Assembly: GCA_015066665.1 (NCBI GenBank)
Contig: SVNX01000003.1
Location: forward strand, 39,074-103,073
Direction of reading: 5' to 3'
DNA length: 64,000 bases
DNA from: Ruminococcus sp.
Lineage (GTDB): Bacteria; Bacillota; Clostridia; Oscillospirales; Ruminococcaceae
Below the pieces are notes generated by a model. It had not been told where the DNA came from and did no database searches. It was given only the letters and a program-made list of their open reading frames with translations. The number at the start of each line of letters is the position of its first letter. Position 1 is the stretch's first letter. The position numbers and the translations under genes were made by a program. This document shows, in pieces, positions 8,672 through 18,358 of the stretch.

Positions 8672-8695
8672 CTATTTAAAGAAATATTTAAATAG
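8672..8695. promoter_or_regulatory. Candidate operator palindrome for the ArsR/SdpR-type autorepressor
   Basis: Perfect 9-bp inverted arms CTATTTAAA-N6-TTTAAATAG immediately downstream of the -10 element. Confidence 0.55.
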
Positions 8696-8708
8696 ATGGA
8701 GGAGACCG

Positions 8709-8984
8709 ATGGGACTTGCAGAAACATTCAAGGCATTGTCCGACCCGCAGCGGCGGGAAATTCTGACCATGCTGCGCAGCGGCAGGCTGAATGCCGGTGA
8801 GATCGCAGAGCGGCTCGGGGTGACGGCAGCGGCACTGTCCTATCACCTGAAGCTGCTGAAAAAAGCTGATCTTGTGATGGAGTATAAGGAGAAGAATTTC
8901 GTCTATTATGAGCTGAATACCAGCGTCTTTGACGAGATGATTCTGTGGATGAAACAATTTGGAGGGAACGATCATGAAGAATAA
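8709..8984 (+). CDS. ArsR/SdpR-family winged-helix transcriptional repressor
   Basis: FKALSDPQRREILTMLRSGRLNAGEIAERLGVTAAALSYHLKLLKKADLV. GGAGGA RBS 6 nt upstream. Confidence 0.8.
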   Translation: MGLAETFKALSDPQRREILTMLRSGRLNAGEIAERLGVTAAALSYHLKLLKKADLVMEYKEKNFVYYELNTSVFDEMILWMKQFGGNDHEE

Positions 8985-9666
8985 ATGGATCTGGATTCTG
9001 GCGGCGGTTTCGGTACTGGCAGCAGCGGTGGGCATACACTTTCTGCCGGACACAATTCCGATGCATTTTGATTTTGCTGGCAATGTTGACCGCTATGGCT
9101 CGAAGTATGAGTTGTTCTTGTTTTCCGGAATCAACTTGTTTTTTGCCTTGTTCTGGCACCTGTTCATCCGGTATTATGACCGGCTGCTTGCAGAGAGTAC
9201 CGAGGATAAGAAACGTGCGGAGCTGCACACAAACCGCAAGGTGCTGGGGGTTGTATCCGTCATGACGATGCTGTTTATGCTTGCCATGCAGGCTGCTGTC
9301 ATGGTGATGGCGCTGCGTGCCGGTGAGAAGATTCAGACCATGCCGCACGATTTCAGCACATGGATTCTTGCGGCATTGGGCGTGATGCTTGCAGTGCTTG
9401 GCAATCTCATGCCCAAGTCCCGCAGAAATGCGGTGTTCGGTCTGCGCATTTCGTGGACACTGGCCAATGACCGCACATGGCAGGCGGCACACAGGTTCAG
9501 CGGCGTGCTGCTCTGTGTGACCGGCATTCTGATTGCGGTCTGCGCACTCGTTCTCGGGGGCATGATGGCGGTGTACGTCTGTATCGGTCTGCTGACTGCG
9601 GCGATGATCGCCGTCTTTGTTCAGGCCTATCTTGTCTACAAAAAATACGGAAAGGAAGAAAACTGA
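8974..9666 (+). CDS. SdpI/YhfL-family (DUF1648-containing) integral membrane protein
   Basis: MKNKWIWILAAV..HFLPDTIPMHFDFAGNVDRYGSKYELF plus multiple TM helices. It overlaps the repressor gene by 11 nt. Confidence 0.65.
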   Translation: MKNKWIWILAAVSVLAAAVGIHFLPDTIPMHFDFAGNVDRYGSKYELFLFSGINLFFALFWHLFIRYYDRLLAESTEDKKRAELHTNRKVLGVVSVMTMLFMLAMQAAVMVMALRAGEKIQTMPHDFSTWILAALGVMLAVLGNLMPKSRRNAVFGLRISWTLANDRTWQAAHRFSGVLLCVTGILIAVCALVLGGMMAVYVCIGLLTAAMIAVFVQAYLVYKKYGKEEN

Positions 9667-9667
9667 T

Positions 9668-10465
9668 ATGAGTGAACTGCATTTTTCCATGGGGACCATG
9701 CTCGGCTATGTGGCGGAGGGCATCATGGTCATTCTGATTCCCGTGCTGCTGCTGATTTTCTGGAAGCGCAAGACCAAGGCCAGCCTGATACCGGCCATTG
9801 TCGGCATGGTGATCTTTCCGCTGTTCGGCATCCTGCTGAAGACGATTCCTGCCTACTTCCTGCTGATCATGGACAATCCTGTCTCCCGTGCGATTACCGG
9901 AAATGTGTGGCTCTATTCGATCATCGGCGGCGGTCTGCTGGCAGGTCTGTTCGAGGAAGGCGGCCGCTTTGTGGCGTTCCGATTCCTGCTGAAGAAACAC
10001 ACCGACCGCAAGACCGCCATTTCCTACGGCATCGGTCACGGCGGCTTTGAGAGTGCCTATGTCGGCGTGAGCGTCATGAGCTATCTGATGATCGGCCTGA
10101 TGGTCAATACCGGCAATACCTCGCTCCTGTTCGAGGGCCTTGACGAAGCGAATGCCGCCGCACTCACAGCACAGCTTGAGACGATTGCCGCAACGCCCTT
10201 CTGGACACCGGCTGTGCTTGGCGTGCTGGAGCGCTGCTCAGCGATTGTGTTCCACATTTCCATGTCCGTTTTCGTGTTTGCAGCGGCAAGGGAAAAGAAG
10301 TATATCTTCCTGTTTCCGACAGCCATTCTGCTGCATACCATGCTCAACGGCTCCACGGTATTCGTCCAGCTGGGCTGGATCAATACCATCGGCATGGAGT
10401 GCTTCATTGCGGCATTTGCTGCAGCGACGGCCTATCTTGCAAGCCGGATTTATAAGAAGCTCTGA
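9668..10465 (+). CDS. YhfC-family intramembrane metalloprotease-like protein
   Basis: Polytopic membrane protein with GLFEEGGRF and GIGHGGFES motifs. Its ATG is 1 nt after the preceding stop. Confidence 0.6.
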   Translation: MSELHFSMGTMLGYVAEGIMVILIPVLLLIFWKRKTKASLIPAIVGMVIFPLFGILLKTIPAYFLLIMDNPVSRAITGNVWLYSIIGGGLLAGLFEEGGRFVAFRFLLKKHTDRKTAISYGIGHGGFESAYVGVSVMSYLMIGLMVNTGNTSLLFEGLDEANAAALTAQLETIAATPFWTPAVLGVLERCSAIVFHISMSVFVFAAAREKKYIFLFPTAILLHTMLNGSTVFVQLGWINTIGMECFIAAFAAATAYLASRIYKKL

Positions 10466-10469
10466 TGCG

Positions 10470-10506
10470 GCAGCCCGCACGAATCACCGTGCGGGCTGAT
10501 TTTTTA
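10470..10506 (+). terminator. Rho-independent terminator
   Basis: cagcccgcacg-loop-cgtgcgggctg followed by a T-run. Confidence 0.8.
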
Positions 10507-10542
10507 TTGTATCCGAAGTACCCGCATATTTCCCCCGCCCCC

Positions 10543-10571
10543 TTGCAGGGCGCAGCGATTTGTGGTATAAT
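10543..10571 (+). promoter_or_regulatory. Candidate polA promoter
   Basis: TTGCAG, 17-nt spacer, TATAAT with a TG-extended -10. Confidence 0.5.
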
Positions 10572-10603
10572 AAACATAGAAATACTGAATCGGAGGTCAT
10601 CCC

Positions 10604-13144
10604 ATGCGTTTACTTGTCATTGACGGCAACAGTATCGTGAACCGTGCGTATTACGGCGTGCGGGCGCTTTCCAATAAAAAGGGCGTGTTCACCAATGCCC
10701 TCTTCGGTTTTATCAATATGTATCTCAAGGAATACGGCGAGGTGCAGCCCGATGGCGTAGCGGTTGCCTTCGACCTGAAAAGCCCCACATTCCGCCATAA
10801 GGCTGTGGCAAGCTACAAGGCCAACCGTAAGGGCATGCCCGAGGAGCTGGCCATGCAGATGCCGTATCTGAAGGAGATCCTTGCTGCCATGGGCATTGCC
10901 TGCCTGAGCTGCGAGGGCTTTGAGGCGGATGATATTCTCGGTACGCTTGCCCGCAGCTGCAGCGAGCGGGGTGATGACTGCATCGTCATGACCGGCGACC
11001 GTGACAGTCTTCAGCTCATTGATGACCATGTCACCGTGCATCTCGTGACGAACCGTGAGACCGTGCCCTATACCCCCGAGCGGTTCCGGGCGGATTATGG
11101 CTTTGCCCCCATCCACCTCATCGATCTCAAGGCGCTCATGGGCGACAGCTCCGATAACATTCCCGGTGTCAAGGGCATCGGTGAAAAGACGGCCACAGCA
11201 TTGATTCAGCAGTGGCAGAGCATCGAAGAAATGTATGCACATATGGACGAGGTGCAGGCAACGCCCCGCATCCGGCAGAAGCTGCTCGACGGCAGGCCCG
11301 ATGCCGAGCAGAGCAAGTGGCTTGCCACCATTCGCACCGATGTGCCCGTTCCGGTCGGATTCGAGGACTATCGTCCCCGTCCCATGGAGGAGGATACCCT
11401 CCGCCGGATTCTGACCGAGCTTGAAATGTACAAAATCCTCGAGCGATTCCATCTGGCACCGCTCGGCAGCATCGAGGTGACTGAGGTGCAGCCCGAAGCC
11501 CCCGCTGCTGCCCCGTCCGTCACGGAAACAAACTGGCAGCCCGATGCTGTTTGCGCACTGGCACAGCCCATTGCCTATACCCTGCAGGATGGCGTGCTCC
11601 GTGTCTGCGGCGGCGATGTGGTCTATCGTACGGACAATCCTGCGGATATCGCCGCTTTTCTCCATACACCCTTGCAGAAAGCAACGGACGATGCCAAGGC
11701 ACATTATCACTATGCACTCGGACAGGGGACAACCCTTGAGGGACTTGTCTTTGATGCGGCTGTCTGCGGCTATCTTCTCAATCCCTCGGCCTCGGATTAC
11801 AGCGTGGCAGCACTCTGCGCACAGCTGCATGTGCCCTATTTTGCTGAGCTGGAAGCACTTGCCGATGTGCAGGCACTCTCCGCTCTTGCCCAAAGCGGCA
11901 TCCGCCAGCTGGAAGAGGATGGCATGATCGCACTCTGGCAGGAAATTGAGCTGCCCCTGACAAGAGTGCTGGCCGATATGGAGCATGCGGGTATTCTGGT
12001 CGATCAGGAGGGCATCCGCACCTTCGGTGCACAGCTGTCCGATGAGATCGCCTCGCTTCAGGCGCAGATCTATGATTATGCGGGCGGGGAATTCAATATT
12101 TCTTCCCCCAAGCAGCTGGGCGTGGTGCTCTTTGAAACACTCGGCCTGCCTGCCAAGAAAAAGACCAAGACCGGCTATTCCACCAATGCCGAGGTGCTTG
12201 AGGAGCTGCGGCCGAAGCATCCCATCATCGACCTGATCCTGCTCTACCGGCAGTACACCAAGCTCCTGTCCACCTATGTGGACGGCCTGCTCAAAGCAGT
12301 GGCTGAGGATGGCCGGATCCACACGAATTACAAGCAGACCGAAACCCGTACGGGACGCATTTCTTCCACCGAGCCGAACCTCCAGAACATTCCTGTCCGG
12401 ACGGAGCTGGGCAGAAATATGCGTAAATTTTTCCGTGCACAGGAGGGACATGTTCTGCTTGATGCCGACTACAGCCAGATCGAACTGCGTTTGATGGCAC
12501 ATCTGAGCGGTGATGCGGCCATGCAGGAGGCCTTCCGCAGCGGTGCGGACATCCATACCGCCACGGCTGCCAAGGTCTTTGACATGCCCGAAGATTTTGT
12601 GACACCCGAAATGCGAAGTGCCGCCAAGGCTGTGAATTTCGGCATTCTCTACGGTATGGGAGCCTTCTCCCTGTCCAAGGACATCCATGTGAGCCTGGCA
12701 CAGGCCAAGAAGTATATTGAGGACTATCTCGGTTCCTATCCGAATGTCTCCGCCTTCCTCGACCGTGTCGTGGAAAACGGCACGGAAAAGGGCTATGTCT
12801 GCACCATGCACGGCCGCAGACGCTATGTGCCGGAGCTGTCCTCCAAGAATAAAATGATGCAGGCAGCCGGCAAGCGCATTGCCATGAATACGCCCGTGCA
12901 GGGCACGGCGGCGGACATCATCAAGCTTGCCATGGTGCATGTCCATGACCGTCTCGGACGGGAAGTCCCGTCGGCACGCCTGCTTCTGCAGGTGCATGAC
13001 GAACTGATTGTTGAGGTGCCGCTGGCTGATGCCGATGCGGCTGCAAAGGTGCTCCATGAGGAGATGGAGCGTGTTTGTGAGCTGGCTGTGCCGCTCACAG
13101 CGGACGTGAACAGAGGGGAGACGTGGTACGATGCCAAAGGTTAA
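10604..13144 (+). CDS. polA: DNA polymerase I
   Basis: N-terminal 5' nuclease domain. Polymerase motif A DYSQIELR, motif B RSAAKAVNFGILYG, motif C QVHDEL. Confidence 0.95.
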   Translation: MRLLVIDGNSIVNRAYYGVRALSNKKGVFTNALFGFINMYLKEYGEVQPDGVAVAFDLKSPTFRHKAVASYKANRKGMPEELAMQMPYLKEILAAMGIACLSCEGFEADDILGTLARSCSERGDDCIVMTGDRDSLQLIDDHVTVHLVTNRETVPYTPERFRADYGFAPIHLIDLKALMGDSSDNIPGVKGIGEKTATALIQQWQSIEEMYAHMDEVQATPRIRQKLLDGRPDAEQSKWLATIRTDVPVPVGFEDYRPRPMEEDTLRRILTELEMYKILERFHLAPLGSIEVTEVQPEAPAAAPSVTETNWQPDAVCALAQPIAYTLQDGVLRVCGGDVVYRTDNPADIAAFLHTPLQKATDDAKAHYHYALGQGTTLEGLVFDAAVCGYLLNPSASDYSVAALCAQLHVPYFAELEALADVQALSALAQSGIRQLEEDGMIALWQEIELPLTRVLADMEHAGILVDQEGIRTFGAQLSDEIASLQAQIYDYAGGEFNISSPKQLGVVLFETLGLPAKKKTKTGYSTNAEVLEELRPKHPIIDLILLYRQYTKLLSTYVDGLLKAVAEDGRIHTNYKQTETRTGRISSTEPNLQNIPVRTELGRNMRKFFRAQEGHVLLDADYSQIELRLMAHLSGDAAMQEAFRSGADIHTATAAKVFDMPEDFVTPEMRSAAKAVNFGILYGMGAFSLSKDIHVSLAQAKKYIEDYLGSYPNVSAFLDRVVENGTEKGYVCTMHGRRRYVPELSSKNKMMQAAGKRIAMNTPVQGTAADIIKLAMVHVHDRLGREVPSARLLLQVHDELIVEVPLADADAAAKVLHEEMERVCELAVPLTADVNRGETWYDAKG

Positions 13145-13610
13145 ACGACTGACGGAGCGGGATATCCCGCTGCTGGAACAGGCTGCTTCGCTTGAACGAA
13201 AGTGTTTTGCCGATCCTTGGAGCTATGAGATGTTCCAGCTTGAGGCCACCCGACGCGGTGGTATGGTGCTGGCGGCAGTGAATGAATCCGGCAAGCTCAT
13301 GGGCTTTCTGACGGCAAGCTATGTGATGGATACGGCCGATCTGACCAATGTGGCAGTGCATCCGGAATTCCGCCGGCAGGGCGTTGGAGGAATGCTGATC
13401 GAAGCAATGCTGCAGGAGCTGGGCGATGGCGTTGAGGTGCTGCTTGAGGTGCGTGTCTCCAATCAGGCTGCCATCGGGATGTATGAGAGCTTCGGATTTG
13501 TGCCTGTCGGCACGAGGAAAAATTACTACGACCATCCCGTTGAGGATGCCATCCTGATGAAGCGGGATGCCCGCAGGGATGCTTCATCCGATGGGAATGA
13601 GGAGGTATAG
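13131..13610 (+). CDS. rimI: Ribosomal-protein-alanine N-acetyltransferase (GNAT)
   Basis: GNAT acetyl-CoA motif VHPEFRRQGVGGMLI. Sits directly upstream of tsaD, the usual context. Confidence 0.8.
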   Translation: MPKVKRLTERDIPLLEQAASLERKCFADPWSYEMFQLEATRRGGMVLAAVNESGKLMGFLTASYVMDTADLTNVAVHPEFRRQGVGGMLIEAMLQELGDGVEVLLEVRVSNQAAIGMYESFGFVPVGTRKNYYDHPVEDAILMKRDARRDASSDGNEEV

Positions 13611-13618
13611 AGTGATAC

Positions 13619-14653
13619 ATGTTAATTCTTGGAATTGAAAGCTCCTGTGATGAAACCGCAGCAAGCGTCGTGAAGGACTGCACCGAGACGCTTTCCTCTG
13701 TGATCGCTTCGCAGGCAGCGGAGCATGGATTGTACGGCGGCGTGGTGCCGGAGCTGGCTTCCCGCCGGCATTGTGAGAATATTCTTGCCGTGGTGCAGCA
13801 GGCACTGGCGGATGCCCATGTCACCGTGGAAGATCTTGACGGCATTGCCGTGACCCATACACCGGGCCTCATCGGTGCATTGCTTGTGGGTGTGAATTTC
13901 GCAAAGGGCCTGGCCATGGCTGCGGATAAGCCCCTGATTCCCGTGCATCATCTTACGGGACATATTGCGGCCAATTATCTGGCACACCCCCAGCTCAAGC
14001 CTCCCTATCTCTGCCTTGTGGTCAGCGGCGGTCATACGCTGCTGTGTGAGGTGAAGAGCCATACGGAGTATGAGATCATCGGCACGACCCGTGACGATGC
14101 CGCCGGCGAATGCTTTGACAAATGCGCCCGTGTGCTGGGCTACCCCTATCCGGGCGGCGTGCACATTGACCGTGCTGCGCAGCAGGGAGACAGCACAAAG
14201 TATGTTCTGCCCCGGCCGAAGGTGGCAGGCAGCGAGCTGGACTGCAGCTTCTCCGGCCTGAAGACGGCCGTCATCAATATGGTGCATCATGCCGAGCAGA
14301 AGGGTGAGACGATCGATACGGCATCGATGGCAGCAAGTCTCCAGCATACAGTCTCGGAGATTCTGGCCGAAAAGACCCTCCTTGCCGCAAAGCAGACAGG
14401 CTATACGACCATTGCCATGGCGGGCGGTGTGTCGGCGAATTCCGGTCTGCGCAGTGCGATGGAGAAGATGTGCCGGAAGCATGGCTATACGCTCTATATG
14501 CCGCCGCTTTCACTCTGCGGTGACAATGCAGCAATGATTGCCTGTCAGGGCTCGTACAATTATCTGGCCGGTGTCCGTGCGGATGAGAGCCTCAATGCCT
14601 ATGCCAGCAGCAAGCTGTCAATTGCAGCGGCCAAAGGCACAGCGATTCTGTAA
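13619..14653 (+). CDS. tsaD: tRNA N6-adenosine threonylcarbamoyltransferase
   Basis: ILGIESSCDETAASVV and the VHHLTGHI metal-binding motif. Full-length Kae1/Gcp-like protein. Confidence 0.92.
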   Translation: MLILGIESSCDETAASVVKDCTETLSSVIASQAAEHGLYGGVVPELASRRHCENILAVVQQALADAHVTVEDLDGIAVTHTPGLIGALLVGVNFAKGLAMAADKPLIPVHHLTGHIAANYLAHPQLKPPYLCLVVSGGHTLLCEVKSHTEYEIIGTTRDDAAGECFDKCARVLGYPYPGGVHIDRAAQQGDSTKYVLPRPKVAGSELDCSFSGLKTAVINMVHHAEQKGETIDTASMAASLQHTVSEILAEKTLLAAKQTGYTTIAMAGGVSANSGLRSAMEKMCRKHGYTLYMPPLSLCGDNAAMIACQGSYNYLAGVRADESLNAYASSKLSIAAAKGTAIL

Positions 14654-14663
14654 CATAATGATC

Positions 14664-14700
14664 AAACGCCCCTCCGGCTGGAGGGGCGTTTGCATTTTTT
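14664..14700 (+). terminator. Rho-independent terminator after tsaD
   Basis: aaacgcccctcc-ggct-ggaggggcgttt followed by a T-run. Confidence 0.85.
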
Positions 14701-14913
14701 GAAAAATAAAAAGATATTGTAAAGCAGCCTGGGGATTCCAAAGGGAATCATTCCCTTTGGCAGGGGGTCAAGGGGGACGGCGTCCCCCTTGTATGGCTGT
14801 GAGCAAAATAACAGCTGAGTTTTTCCGAAAGACATATTTGTCCTTTAGTTTGTATTTTCTTTCCTCTGCGATGCGTAAGCGAGCAGACGCACTGACCCGT
14901 TGCCCCCTCAAAG

Positions 14914-14941
14914 AAACGCCCCTCCGGCCGGAGGGGCGTTT
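14914..14941 (-). terminator. Hairpin immediately downstream of the acyl-CoA synthetase gene
   Basis: aaacgcccctcc-ggcc-ggaggggcgttt, a near-identical copy of the hairpin at 14664. Confidence 0.6.
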
Positions 14942-14944
14942 GTT

Positions 14945-16594
14945 TTATTTCTGTGCATCCTTCTCACGGATGACATTATAGCGGATCTTACCGCTGATGG
15001 TCTTGGGCAGCTCGGTCACGAACTCCACAATTCTCGGGTACTTATAGGGCGCAGTGCGGTCCTTCACGAATACCTGCAGTTCCTTGGCAAGGGCATCGGA
15101 TGCCGCATAGCCCTCGGCCAGTACGACAGATGCCTTGATGATGTTGCCGCGCTGCTCGTCCGGCACGCCGGTCACAGCACATTCTATAACGGCAGGATGC
15201 TTGATCAGGGCACTTTCCACCTCGAACGGCCCGATGCGGTAGCCGCTGGATTTGATGATGTTGTCCGCACGGCTGATGTAGAAGTAATAGCCGTCCTCGT
15301 CACGATAGGCCATGTCACCTGTGCGGAACAGACCATTCTTCCAGTAACGGGCATTGGCGTCGGGATTGTTGGAATAGCCCATGCAAAGGCCCTCGGGCAT
15401 GCGTTCACGGGTGTTGATGACGATCTCGCCGGCTTCGCCGTCGGGTACGGGATTGTCATCGGCATCGACCAGCATGACATCATAGAGGGGGGAGGGCTTG
15501 CCCATGGAGCCGCGCTTGGGGCTGGCACCGGTGAAATTGCCGATGATGAGCGTTGTTTCTGTCTGGCCATAGCCTTCCATGATCTCCAGACCCGTGCTCT
15601 CATGGAACATGCGGATGATTTCCTTCTGCAGTGCTTCGCCCGCAGTGGAAACATGCTTGACCGACCGGAATGCCTCGGGGCGGATGCCCGTCTTGGCCAT
15701 CAGTCTGTAAACCGTGGGCGGTGCACAGAAGGTGGTCACGCCGTACTTTTCGAGGATGTTCATCATTGCTTTGCCGTCGAACCGGTCATAGTCATAGACC
15801 ATGACGGCACTGCCGCAGAGCCACTGGCCGTAGATCTTGCCCCAGGAGGCCTTTGCCCAGCCGGTATCAGCCACGGTCAGATGCAGTCCGTCATCCATGA
15901 CGCACTGCCAGTATCTTGCGGTCACGATGTGACCGAGGGGATAGGTGTAGTTGTGGGTGACCATCTTCGGATAGCCAGTGGTGCCGGAGGTAAAATACAT
16001 CAGCATCGGCTCGGTCACATGGGTGTCCACACGGGGGAAGCTGGTGGTTTCCGCAGCCATGGCTGTATCAAGGCGCACAAAGCCTTCCTGCTCACTGCGG
16101 ACGCAATAGAGATGGTTGATGATCTTGACTTCCTGTGCAGCCTCACGCACCTTGCTGCAAAGCTCGTCTTCGCCTGCGCAGATGATGGTGCGGATGTTGG
16201 CGGAATTGGCACGGTATACAATATCCGATGCACTCAGCATGTGGGTGGCCGGTACAGCCACTGCACCAATCTTGTGCAGGGCGGGCAGTACATACCAGTA
16301 TTCAAAATAACGCTTGAGCAGGAGCAGAACACGGTCGCCCTTCTTTACGCCCTGTTTTGACAGAAAAGCAGCTGCCTGAGAGGACAGCGCACTGATCTCG
16401 GCAAAGGTGAGGGTGCGGTCGGCACCGGTTTCATCGCACCAGACAACAGCACGCTTTTCCGGTGCTTCTGCGGCGATGACATCCACTACATCATAGCCGA
16501 AATTAAAATTCTCGGGATAGGACAGCGAGAAGGATGTGAATGTGCCGTCTTCCTTTCTCTCTGCATGACAAAATGTTTGGCATAATGCTTTCAT
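14945..16594 (-). CDS. AMP-forming acyl-CoA synthetase/ligase
   Basis: AMP-binding signature YFTSGTTGYPK, downstream TGD motif GLFRTGDMAY and C-terminal GKI. Confidence 0.85.
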   Translation of the reverse strand: MKALCQTFCHAERKEDGTFTSFSLSYPENFNFGYDVVDVIAAEAPEKRAVVWCDETGADRTLTFAEISALSSQAAAFLSKQGVKKGDRVLLLLKRYFEYWYVLPALHKIGAVAVPATHMLSASDIVYRANSANIRTIICAGEDELCSKVREAAQEVKIINHLYCVRSEQEGFVRLDTAMAAETTSFPRVDTHVTEPMLMYFTSGTTGYPKMVTHNYTYPLGHIVTARYWQCVMDDGLHLTVADTGWAKASWGKIYGQWLCGSAVMVYDYDRFDGKAMMNILEKYGVTTFCAPPTVYRLMAKTGIRPEAFRSVKHVSTAGEALQKEIIRMFHESTGLEIMEGYGQTETTLIIGNFTGASPKRGSMGKPSPLYDVMLVDADDNPVPDGEAGEIVINTRERMPEGLCMGYSNNPDANARYWKNGLFRTGDMAYRDEDGYYFYISRADNIIKSSGYRIGPFEVESALIKHPAVIECAVTGVPDEQRGNIIKASVVLAEGYAASDALAKELQVFVKDRTAPYKYPRIVEFVTELPKTISGKIRYNVIREKDAQK

Positions 16595-16732
16595 TCAAAT
16601 GACCTCCAGTTGCATGCGCCCGCCGCTTTTATCATTCAAAGCGCCAAAGCGGGCGGAAATGCAGATACCCTGCACCATTTGTGGATGCAGGGATGCATAC
16701 CCTCCGCCGCAGCGGAGGATAACAGCGTCAGA

Positions 16733-17527
16733 TTAGTAGGGACGATCGGAATTATAAATACCGAACTTGCGGAAGCGCATGTAACGTTCTTCCATGAGCT
16801 GATCCTCGGACTTGGCGCACAGCTCATCGAGCATGGCAGCCAGCTGATTCTTCATGCCCTTGCACATCTTGGAGAAGTGATCGAAGTCCTCGGGGATGAT
16901 CGCCTCGGCAACACCGAATTCCTTCATGTCCTCAGCAGTGATGTGCAGGCAGTCAGCAGCATCTGCCACCTTGCCGGAATCCTTCCAGAGGATGCTTGCG
17001 CAGCCCTCGGGGGAGATGACGGAGTAAACCGCATTTTCCAGAATCAGTACTCTGTCCGCAGAAGCCAGTGCCAGTGCACCGCCGCTGCCGCCTTCGCCGA
17101 TGACAACGGAGATCACAGGGGTACGCAGGCCCATCATTTCCATGATGTTTTCTGCAATGGCCTGACCCTGACCGCGCTCCTCAGCATCCGCACCGCAGTA
17201 GGCACCCAGTGTGTCCACGAAGCAGATGACCGGACGATGGAACTTTTCGGCCTGCTTCATCAGACGCAGAGCCTTGCGGTAGCCCTCGGGCTTGGGACAG
17301 CCGAAATTGCGAGCCAGACGGCTGGGCAGATCGGTACCCTTTTCCATTGCAATAAAGGTAACAGGACGCTTGCCGATGTAGGCAAGGCCGGCCATAATGG
17401 CAAGGTCATCGCCGAAACGACGGTCACCGTGCAGCTCAATCGGGAACTCAAAGATTTCCTTGACATAGGCACCGCCGGTGGGTCTGCCGTTCTTTCTTGC
17501 AGTTTTCAGTTTTTCGTAGGAATTCAT
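16733..17527 (-). CDS. accA: Acetyl-CoA carboxylase carboxyltransferase alpha subunit
   Basis: PVICFVDTLGAYCG and VVIGEGGSGGALAL motifs. Confidence 0.88.
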   Translation of the reverse strand: MNSYEKLKTARKNGRPTGGAYVKEIFEFPIELHGDRRFGDDLAIMAGLAYIGKRPVTFIAMEKGTDLPSRLARNFGCPKPEGYRKALRLMKQAEKFHRPVICFVDTLGAYCGADAEERGQGQAIAENIMEMMGLRTPVISVVIGEGGSGGALALASADRVLILENAVYSVISPEGCASILWKDSGKVADAADCLHITAEDMKEFGVAEAIIPEDFDHFSKMCKGMKNQLAAMLDELCAKSEDQLMEERYMRFRKFGIYNSDRPY

Positions 17528-17541
17528 AACGGCAGCCTCCT

Positions 17542-18357
17542 TTATCTCTTATGAATGTGAAGCAGCTCTGCGAGGGTATCACGCAGCTCGCCTCTGGGAA
17601 TAATGGCATCGATGAAGCCGTGCTCCATAACGAATTCCGCACTCTGGAAATTGTCCGGAAGCTGGCTCTTGGTGGTCTGTTCTACGACACGGCGGCCGGC
17701 AAAGCCAACCAGTGCACCCGGCTCTGCAAGGATAATGTCACCCTGCATGGCAAAGCTTGCGGTCACACCGCCGGTGGTGGGGTCGGTCAGAACGGCAATG
17801 TACAGGAGACCTGCATTGCTGTGATTCTTGACAGCACCGCTCACCTTGGCCATCTGCATCAGGGAGATGATACCCTCCTGCATTCTGGCACCGCCGGATG
17901 CGGTGAAGCCGATGACGGGGAGATTGTGCTCGGTTGCATATTCAAACAGACGGGTAATCTTTTCGCCGACAACGGAACCCATGCTCGCCATGATGAACTT
18001 CGGCTCCATCACGAAGGTTGCGAAGGAATTGCCGCCGATGGAAGCAATGCCGCATACAACAGCGTCATCCTCATTGGTGGATTCTCTTGCCTTGTCGAGC
18101 TTGTTCTGGTACATGGGGAAGTGCAGGAAGTCCTTGCTGGTCAGACCGGTGAACAGCTCGTGGAAGCTGTGCTTGTCGGTCAGCATGCTGATGCGGTCGC
18201 GTGCTGTGAGACGATAGTGCGCACCGCACTCTGTGCAGACGCCGCAGCTCTTGTGCAGTTCGTAGGCAGTATCCTCGTGGCCGCACTTCTTGCAGGTGAC
18301 CTTCTGCTCTTCGCCGGTCAGCCCCTTGTTCTGAAGAAAATCTTTAATAAAACTCAT
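17542..18357 (-). CDS. accD: Acetyl-CoA carboxylase carboxyltransferase beta subunit
   Basis: N-terminal zinc ribbon CKKCGH..CGVCTECG and the GGARMQEG motif. Start is MSFIKDF after a GGAGG RBS. Confidence 0.88.
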   Translation of the reverse strand: MSFIKDFLQNKGLTGEEQKVTCKKCGHEDTAYELHKSCGVCTECGAHYRLTARDRISMLTDKHSFHELFTGLTSKDFLHFPMYQNKLDKARESTNEDDAVVCGIASIGGNSFATFVMEPKFIMASMGSVVGEKITRLFEYATEHNLPVIGFTASGGARMQEGIISLMQMAKVSGAVKNHSNAGLLYIAVLTDPTTGGVTASFAMQGDIILAEPGALVGFAGRRVVEQTTKSQLPDNFQSAEFVMEHGFIDAIIPRGELRDTLAELLHIHKR

Positions 18358-18358
18358 G

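Noticed and set aside
10610-13057. An 815-aa minus-strand ORF
   Set aside because: It is antisense to polA, whose identity is unambiguous from polymerase motifs A, B and C. This is a shadow ORF.
14757-14981. A 74-aa plus-strand ORF in the tsaD/acyl-CoA synthetase spacer
   Set aside because: It has no RBS, runs through palindromic repeats and a terminator hairpin, and overlaps the 3' end of the convergent gene. It is most likely non-coding.
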